A DNA stretch of 63,810 nucleotides, the filler included, from Nitrospirae bacterium CG2_30_53_67 (GTDB taxonomy: Bacteria; CG2-30-53-67): the NCBI GenBank assembly GCA_001873285.1. It is 5 parts of 5 records of this genome, joined end to end, with 100 filler letters (N's around TTAATTAATTAA, not from the genome) between each part and the next. Parts side by side here need not be neighbours in the genome. Positions count along the whole stretch, not along the records: positions 54,256 to 60,545 come from MNYV01000170.1; positions 60,646 to 63,810 come from MNYV01000152.1; 3 more parts are not named here. One strand, 5' to 3'. Shown here in pieces: positions 57,495 through 63,810 of this stretch. The number at the start of each line of letters is the position of its first letter. The stretch's first letter is position 1. A model generated the notes under the pieces. That model saw only the letters and a program-made list of their open reading frames with translations. It searched no databases and had not been told where the DNA came from. A program made the position numbers and the translations under genes.

Positions 57495-58858
57495 TTCCCT
57501 TCCACTGTTAATCGGGCCTTGTCGGGATCTACTCCCGGCCTTTCCAATTCTTCAATGAGCTGCTTCATGCTGACGCTCCCGATGCTCTGCTGAAGGGCCG
57601 CGCTGCCTCGGCTGAAAAGGTCCTGGATCAGCCTCTGTTCAGGTTCATCCTGGGAAGGAGCGGCTTGGAGAAGTTTGCCTCGTACCGCCTCAATCACCTC
57701 CGAGGCTGAAATCTTTCCCGTATCTCGGGACGGAACGAATGCATGCCTTTGATCCAACTGGTGGATAAGCCCCTCTTCCTTCAGCTTATGGAGGATCTCC
57801 TCCGCCGGCTCGTAGGCGATCCCGATTTTCTGCGAGAGTTCAAGAACGCCGGCCGGGTCCTTTCCGGAACCGAAACGGCGGGCAATCTCGATCATCATGC
57901 GCAAGGCCAGATACCCCCGGTAGCGCTCGGCCCTGATGCCTGCCGCTGCGCCCTTTTCGTACAGTTCAGGGTACTCAAGGACATAAGACAACTCCGCGCC
58001 CAGGAAGACAATGATCCAGATGATGAAGATATAGAAAAGGAGCGCCGGTATCGCAGCCACCGCCCCGTAGATCTTGCTGTAGGCGTTAAAGTGCGTGACG
58101 TAAAGTCCGAAGCCCCATTTGCACAGGGCAAAGAGTATCGCAGCGGCCGCAGCGCCTCCCACAGCCGGATAGGTCCCCACATGGGTGTACGGGAGGAGTT
58201 TATAAAGCATGAAAAAGGCCAGCCAGATCAGGATAAACGGGATGATGTAGATTAGAGAGGCCTTGAACAGGGGATGAGAAAGGAACATGGACAAAGCCGG
58301 CAGAGACTTGATCTTGGACGTCATGAAGATTGAGAGAGCGATCAGGATCGGCGCCAGGGTCAGGGTGAGCCAGAAGGAGCTGACCTTGTCCCAGAGACTG
58401 CGTCTTTCGGTGACATGCCAGATTTCGTTGAAGGTCTTCTCCATGGTGCTGACCAGAGAATAGGCGGCGACGAAGAGAAAAATGGACCCGAAGGCGCTGA
58501 GCGCGGCGGTGTTCTCGGAAAATTTATTGATGTGATTCTGGATGGTATTGAATAGATCCGCATTCGGGAAGAGGTACCGGCTGAGGAAGTTTCTCACCTC
58601 ATCCTCCGAGAGTTTCAGCCTGCTGAACCATGAAAAAAACACAACCATCAGCGGGACCAGGGAGAGGATCGTGGTGTAAGTCATGGATGAGGCCCGGAGC
58701 AGACACCGGTCGTGAATGAATTCCAGCCCGACGTGGTAAATCACCTTGATCTGTTTTAAGACCCAGGCCGGAAACTTGGAATATTCATTCAGGTCCAGAC
58801 TCAAGAGCCGGGCAATGAAATTCTGGAACCCTCTTGTGCGTTCGGAAGCGATATTCAT
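57464..58858 (-). CDS. YihY/virulence factor BrkB family membrane protein with C-terminal HTH (Rrf2-like)
   Basis: ASSMTYTTILSLVP, EKTFNEIW, LYKLLP, YSKIYGA, LGAEL; C-terminal helical/HTH region. Confidence 0.88.
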   Translation of the reverse strand: MNIASERTRGFQNFIARLLSLDLNEYSKFPAWVLKQIKVIYHVGLEFIHDRCLLRASSMTYTTILSLVPLMVVFFSWFSRLKLSEDEVRNFLSRYLFPNADLFNTIQNHINKFSENTAALSAFGSIFLFVAAYSLVSTMEKTFNEIWHVTERRSLWDKVSSFWLTLTLAPILIALSIFMTSKIKSLPALSMFLSHPLFKASLIYIIPFILIWLAFFMLYKLLPYTHVGTYPAVGGAAAAAILFALCKWGFGLYVTHFNAYSKIYGAVAAIPALLFYIFIIWIIVFLGAELSYVLEYPELYEKGAAAGIRAERYRGYLALRMMIEIARRFGSGKDPAGVLELSQKIGIAYEPAEEILHKLKEEGLIHQLDQRHAFVPSRDTGKISASEVIEAVRGKLLQAAPSQDEPEQRLIQDLFSRGSAALQQSIGSVSMKQLIEELERPGVDPDKARLTVEGNHQPPAKPEA

Positions 58859-60195
58859 GAACCGCTCACGGAGAGATTCTCGATCAGAAGGCTCGGTGAT
58901 CCCACCGCGCCGTAGAAACGGAGGTCATCCCCCGCCCCTTTGATCTTCATCAGGAGATCCAGGAAATTCCCTGCGATGGCTGCGCCCCGGACCGGATGGG
59001 AAGGCTCTCCGTTTTCATACCAGATCCCTGCGGCGCCCACTGAAAATTCACCGGAGATGGGATTGGCTGTGTGCATCCCCAGGATCTCCATGATCTCAAG
59101 CCCGCTGCCCATGCCGTGAAGCAGATCATCCCGAGATTGAGAACCACGGGCTGCAAAGAGGTTGGTCGGCCCCACGTGAGGCGTCGAAGTATAACCCCTC
59201 CGGACACCGTTTCCGGTGGAACGGCCCCCCTCCTTGGCGGACGTGTAGGTGTTGTGGAGGAACCCCTCAAGCACGCCTTCACGGATGAGAAACTTGTGCC
59301 GGGTGGGAATCCCTTCATCATCAAACGGCGCCGTACCCAATCCTCCAGGGAGGCGGCCGTCGTCTATGAGCGTGAATGCCGATGCCGCCGCCTGCTTCCC
59401 GATCCTGTTTTTCAGAAGGGACTTCCCTTTCTGCACGGCATCCGCGGAGAAGGCGCTGATAAAGATTCCCAGGAAACCGACCGCCGCATAGGGCGTAAGG
59501 AGGACAGGGCATTTGACGGTGGGGATCGTTTTCGCTCCCAGCAGAGACAATGCATTTCCCGCGGCCCTTCTTCCCACCTCCTCCACGTCAAGCTGTGAAA
59601 AGAAGCGGTTGAAATCCGAGTCCCATCCCATCTGCCGGTCTTTCCCGTCGTCGGCCATCAGCATGATGCTTGCAGAACAACTGGTCCCCTGATAGGTCAG
59701 ATCCGCCCCCCTTGAGTTCAGGACGGATGAGGTAAATTCAGAATCCCTGTAGCCTGCCTTCCTTATCACCTTGATCCGGGAATCCGTCCCAAGCGCCGCC
59801 TTTTCCAGAGCCATGGCACGGGAGATCCTTTCCTCCTCCGTGACTTGGTTCAGGCCGGGATCAAAGATATGAAGGTCCCCGGCCGACACCGGCTCAAGAG
59901 ACGGCAGGACATGGTTCGAATCTTCATGGGTATAGGCCATGGATGCCATGGCATGTTCAATCAAATCCTGGATATCGGCGCCTTGTGAGAGGGAGGTGTA
60001 GGAAAATCCCATCCTGTTTCCGCTGAAGAGACGAAGCCCCACACCTTGGGATACGGCTTTGACGAATGCGTCGGTCTTCTGCTGTTTGACTTCGATGGTG
60101 GTCGATCTGGATTCCAGAAGATAAACCTCCACGTCCTTGACTCCTCGGCTGACCGTTTGATCGAGTATCTTGTTCCCGATTTTTTTCAGATCCAT
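58855..60195 (-). CDS. pmbA: TldD/PmbA family protein (PmbA/TldE-like, no HExxxH)
   Basis: GVGLRL, GFSYT, PFDDEG, STGNG, SGEFS, IAGN. Confidence 0.85.
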   Translation of the reverse strand: MDLKKIGNKILDQTVSRGVKDVEVYLLESRSTTIEVKQQKTDAFVKAVSQGVGLRLFSGNRMGFSYTSLSQGADIQDLIEHAMASMAYTHEDSNHVLPSLEPVSAGDLHIFDPGLNQVTEEERISRAMALEKAALGTDSRIKVIRKAGYRDSEFTSSVLNSRGADLTYQGTSCSASIMLMADDGKDRQMGWDSDFNRFFSQLDVEEVGRRAAGNALSLLGAKTIPTVKCPVLLTPYAAVGFLGIFISAFSADAVQKGKSLLKNRIGKQAAASAFTLIDDGRLPGGLGTAPFDDEGIPTRHKFLIREGVLEGFLHNTYTSAKEGGRSTGNGVRRGYTSTPHVGPTNLFAARGSQSRDDLLHGMGSGLEIMEILGMHTANPISGEFSVGAAGIWYENGEPSHPVRGAAIAGNFLDLLMKIKGAGDDLRFYGAVGSPSLLIENLSVSGS

Positions 60196-60209
60196 GGCTG
60201 CTCTTCATC

Positions 60210-60545
60210 CTATGGATTTTCTGCTTCGAGATCGAAGATCAAGGCCGTTTCATTGCAGTCCGGGAACTTGACGCACTTGATGCATTCCCCCCAGACCTTA
60301 TGCGGCAGGATCTCCTTTTCAACGACATGGAAGCCGAACTTTTCAAAGAAATCCGGTTTGTAGGTCAGCGTAAACACATGTTTGACGTTTAATGATGCCG
60401 CTTCGTTCAGACAGGCACGGACCAGTTCTTTCCCGATTCCCTTCCTTTGATACTGCGGGGCCACGGCCAGGGACTTGATCTCGGCAAAATCCTCCCAGAC
60501 GATGTGCAGGGCCGAGACGCCGATCATTTCCTCTTCGCTCCGGCA
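60210..60545 (-). CDS. GNAT N-acetyltransferase (short ArgA-like), 5' partial
   Basis: ALHIVWEDFAEIKSLAV...GIGKELV...FTLTY..FFEKFGF...LPHKVW.EC..C.KFP.C.E.A. Confidence 0.85.
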   Translation of the reverse strand, partial: CRSEEEMIGVSALHIVWEDFAEIKSLAVAPQYQRKGIGKELVRACLNEAASLNVKHVFTLTYKPDFFEKFGFHVVEKEILPHKVWGECIKCVKFPDCNETALIFDLEAENP

Positions 60546-60645
60546 NNNNNNNNNNNNNNNNNNNNNNNNNNNNNNNNNNNNNNNNNNNNTTAATTAATTA
60601 ANNNNNNNNNNNNNNNNNNNNNNNNNNNNNNNNNNNNNNNNNNNN
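60546..60645. other. Artificial contig linker
   Basis: N + TTAATTAATTAA + N. Confidence 0.98.
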
Positions 60646-61525
60646 ATTCCAGAATCCCCGATGACATGGCCAGTTCCTTGTAGAGGATATCGATTTCGTA
60701 GAGGGTCTCGATATGGTCCGAGACGAAACTCACGGGGACCATGAGCAGGGCCTTCTTCCCCTGTCCGGCGAGATCGCGTATGACCTCATCGGTTCCGGGC
60801 TTCATCCACCGGACCGGACCGCTCCGGCTTTGAAAAGCGAGGTGATGGGAAACGGGTCCGACCCTCTGCAATACGCCCTGAATGGTCTTTTGAATCTCCG
60901 AAAGATAGGAATCCCCCTGATCGATCATCTTCTGCGGGAGGGCATGGGCCGAAAAGATGACTTCCACTTTCTCGCGATGTTCAGGGGAAAAGGAATTCAA
61001 TCCCTGCCTGACCTTGTCGGCGAGCACGTCCAGATACGCCGGATGATCGCAGAAGCTTTTGACCTCCTGGATGCGGACCGCCTCAGATACCGCGGCCGCG
61101 GCCCGGTTAAGGTCACTCAGGCTCGACCCGGTGGTGGCCTGTGAGAAATGCGGATATAGGGGGAGGGCCAGGATGGTTTTCGCCCCTCGGGATAAGGCTT
61201 CACGCACCGCCTCATCCGAGCGCGGAGCCGTATACCGCATGGCCACGAATACCGGTGCATCGAGACCCCTCCCGCGAAGCTCCGTTTCCAGGGACTCAGC
61301 CTGTGCCATGGTGATTTTCAATAAAGGAGAACCGCCTCCGATCTTCCTGTAATTTTCAATAACCTTTGGGGTTCGGAAGTGGACGATGAGACGGGAGAGA
61401 AGAGGCTGCATGGGGAGCCGGATGATCTCCCGATCGGAGAAGAGCCTGAGCAGGAAAGGACGGATCTCCTGCTCGTTTTCAGGACCACCCAGGTTCAGGA
61501 GGATGACCGCGGTCTTGTCTGTCAT
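60646..61525 (-). CDS. hemH: Ferrochelatase (3' partial)
   Basis: LLNLGGP, GGGSPL, AMRY, LYPHFS, FSAHALP, FQSR.GP..W, FVSDHIETLYEID. Confidence 0.96.
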
Positions 61526-62559
61526 GCGTTCTTTTCCCGGCTGAAGGTATGCACCGCATCCACCAGGGCCTTTGCATGCGCCTCGGGTGTCTCGGGAAGG
61601 ATTCCGTGCCCCAGGTTGAAGATATGACCGGGAGCATCACCGGCCTTATTCAGGATCTCTCGGACTCTCCGCTGGATCTCCGGGATGGGCGCAAACAGAG
61701 CCGTGGGGTCAAAGTTTCCCTGCACGGCGATCTCGGGGCCGAGTATCTGTCTGGCCTGGTCGATCCCGATCCGCCAGTCCACACTGACCACATCGGCGCC
61801 GGAATATTTTATCTTATTCAGAAGTGTAGAACCGGTTCCCACGTAGTGGATGACCGGGACGCCTTTTCTTTTCAGTCCACGGATGACCTTCACGGTATAG
61901 GGTAGGTCATAGGTCTCGAAATCCTCCGGGGTCAGGATCCCTCCCCAGGTGTCGAAGATCTGCACGGCCTGGGCCCCGGCTGCGATCTGCGCATTGAGGT
62001 AGCGGATCACGGTCTCGGTGATCTTGTCCATGAGCCGGGCATAAAGTTCCGGCTCCTGATAGATCAGGCTCTTGAAGGGGATATAGTTTTTAGATCCACC
62101 GCCTTCCACCATGTAGGAGGCGAGGGTAAAAGGGGCCCCGGAGAACCCGATCAGGGGAACTCGTCCGGAGAGTTCCCGGCGCAGGATTCGGACTGCTTCC
62201 ATGACAAAGCCGACCGACTCCTCAGGATCGGGGATGCGCAATGCCTCGATCTGTTTGCCGTTCCGTATGGGTTCGGAAAATACCGGGGCCGGAGTGAAGT
62301 CAAGCGCCATCCCCATGGCCTCCACGGGGATCAGGATGTCCGAGAACAGGATCGCGGCATCCACGTTCAATTCATTGACAGGGAGGAGCGTGGCTTCGGC
62401 TGCAAGCTCCGGGGTCTTGCATAGGGTGAGAAAGTCCGCCTTTTCACGCAGCGCCCTGTAACCCTTCAGGAACCTCCCGGCCTGACGCATGATCCAGACG
62501 GGTGTCATCTCCACGGGTTCCCGCCGGCAGGCCCTAAGAAACAGATCATTGAATGCCAT
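61522..62559 (-). CDS. hemE: Uroporphyrinogen decarboxylase
   Basis: PVWIMRQAGR, AAILFSDIL, GFSGAPFTLASY, QGNFDP, FNLGHG. Confidence 0.98.
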   Translation of the reverse strand: MAFNDLFLRACRREPVEMTPVWIMRQAGRFLKGYRALREKADFLTLCKTPELAAEATLLPVNELNVDAAILFSDILIPVEAMGMALDFTPAPVFSEPIRNGKQIEALRIPDPEESVGFVMEAVRILRRELSGRVPLIGFSGAPFTLASYMVEGGGSKNYIPFKSLIYQEPELYARLMDKITETVIRYLNAQIAAGAQAVQIFDTWGGILTPEDFETYDLPYTVKVIRGLKRKGVPVIHYVGTGSTLLNKIKYSGADVVSVDWRIGIDQARQILGPEIAVQGNFDPTALFAPIPEIQRRVREILNKAGDAPGHIFNLGHGILPETPEAHAKALVDAVHTFSREKNA

Positions 62560-62620
62560 CTCCTCCCCTTTCAAATCATGTTTTTCTCTGTGCTCTCTGC
62601 GTGCTCTGCGGTAAAAAGCC

Positions 62621-63694
62621 CTATCGATTTTCTTTCCGCATCTTCACCGGGATATAATTGCAGAAGGGCTCTTCGGCCATATAATCCTCATAGACCGAAT
62701 CGGCCCGGGCCCGGCAGCCGCCGCAGACGTTGATGTATTCGCAGACGCCGCATTTTCCCTTGTACTTCTTGAAGTCCCTGAGATCTTTAAAAAGCTCCGA
62801 GTTCTCCCAGATCTCTCTGAATTTCCGTGTCTTCACGTTTCCTGCCGACCTGTGGAAGTAGCTGCAGGGCTTTACATTCCCGAAGCAATCAATCAGGCAG
62901 ATGGACTGCGCGGCAATGCACCCCTTGGCCCCTCCGGTGGAAAACTTCAGGGTCCGCCGCTCGAAGCGGCTCCCGTCTTTTTTTGCGAGCTGAGGGACCA
63001 GCCGGTAATAATGCGGGGCACAGGTGGGCCGCATGAGAATATCCTTTTCCAGCTTCTCTTGTTCATAGTGCCACTTGAGGATCTCTTCATAGTCCTCCTT
63101 GGAGATGAGTTCGGACATGATCGTTTCCCCGCGGCCCGTGGGAACGATCATGAACATGTACCAGGCTGTGGCGCCGAGTTCTTTGGCGAGCCTGAACACG
63201 TTCGCAATATCGTGCTGGTTCCTCTTGGTGAAGGAGGAGTTGATGATGAACTCAATCCCGTGTTTCTTCAGCATCTCGGCCCCCCGGAGGATCCCGTCAA
63301 AGGCCCCCGGGCAGTTTCGGAAATTGTCATGGATCTCGGCCTTGGATCCGTCCAGGCTGAGCGAGACGATTCGGATTCCGGAGGACTTGATCTTCTCACA
63401 GACCGTATCGTCGATCAGGGTCCCGTTGGTGGCCATGCACATGCGGAGCCCCTTATCGGTTCCGTAGCGGGCGATTTCGAAGATATCGCGCCGAAGAAGC
63501 GGCTCGCCGCCGGAGAGGACCAGCACGGGACTGCAAAATTCGACGATATCGTCAATAAATTTTTTTGCCTCCTCGGTGGTGAAGTCCCCCTCCGAGGCCT
63601 CCATGTCCGAAGAACAGCGGCAGTGCACGCACCGGAGGTTACACCGCTGCGTGGTCTCCCAGGCGATCCATTTGGGGATAAATTCCTTGGGCAT
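62621..63694 (-). CDS. Radical SAM/SPASM heme biosynthesis protein (AhbD/NirJ-like)
   Basis: [40 protein letters not shown] cysteines [17 protein letters not shown]; directly upstream of hemE. Confidence 0.88.
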   Translation of the reverse strand: MPKEFIPKWIAWETTQRCNLRCVHCRCSSDMEASEGDFTTEEAKKFIDDIVEFCSPVLVLSGGEPLLRRDIFEIARYGTDKGLRMCMATNGTLIDDTVCEKIKSSGIRIVSLSLDGSKAEIHDNFRNCPGAFDGILRGAEMLKKHGIEFIINSSFTKRNQHDIANVFRLAKELGATAWYMFMIVPTGRGETIMSELISKEDYEEILKWHYEQEKLEKDILMRPTCAPHYYRLVPQLAKKDGSRFERRTLKFSTGGAKGCIAAQSICLIDCFGNVKPCSYFHRSAGNVKTRKFREIWENSELFKDLRDFKKYKGKCGVCEYINVCGGCRARADSVYEDYMAEEPFCNYIPVKMRKENR

Positions 63695-63810
63695 ATCAAC
63701 CTCAAAGGTGAAACTCCCGGCAGACTGCCGCGGGAGATGCACTCACCTTGCGTTTTCAAATATCATGCAAAATATTATCTTTTAATGTGTACCATAATAT
63801 CCTGCCGAAT

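Noticed and set aside
27888..60645. Four identical TTAATTAATTAA palindromes within N runs
   Set aside because: Artificial six-frame-stop contig linkers. Genes cut by them (NtrC-like, ettA, GNAT, hemH) are partial, not pseudogenes, and cross-gap neighbourhoods were not interpreted.
1..63810. tRNA, rRNA, integron integrase, intact transposase or prophage genes
   Set aside because: None were recognised on either strand by inspection.

Overview
This window is bacterial DNA, roughly 55% GC by eye, with Deltaproteobacteria/Nitrospirota-like gene content (inference). It is five contigs joined by artificial 100-bp N/TTAATTAATTAA/N linkers (27888-27987, 43113-43212, 54156-54255, 60546-60645), so synteny across the linkers is not meaningful. 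Contig 1 holds the 3' end of rho, a small accessory patch with an integron attC site and a broken toxin-antitoxin cassette, a complete dcw cluster (mraZ-STAS-rsmH-ftsL-ftsI-murE-murF-mraY-murD-ftsW-murG-murC-murB-ddl-ftsQ-ftsA-ftsZ-radical SAM-pgeF-yggS-proC-yggT-divIVA-DUF167), and thiD. Contig 2 holds a sigma-54 signalling/transport island (NtrC-like activator, FAEAGE-repeat USP-like protein, SLC13 transporter, TauE, DUF1634, histidine kinase, a degenerate kinase-like protein, three receivers), toxin remnants and a ~1490-aa type IIG-like RM protein. Contig 3 holds ettA, two TRL-like lipoproteins, a transglutaminase-ABC operon, GT2/GT4 and a REP-embedded GIY-YIG nuclease. Contig 4 holds miaA, mutL, yihY-like, pmbA and a GNAT gene. 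Contig 5 holds hemH, hemE and an AhbD-like radical SAM gene. The most unusual signals are a solitary attC that appears to have recombined into a gene, several families of MITE/REP-like elements (a ~21-bp micro-element nested inside hairpins and inside itself, a filled/empty pair with a 7-bp duplication, an in-frame insertion in a glycosyltransferase), and a FAEAGE peptide motif shared between a response regulator and a putative sigma-54 target. Family names come from motif recognition only; no database search was run.
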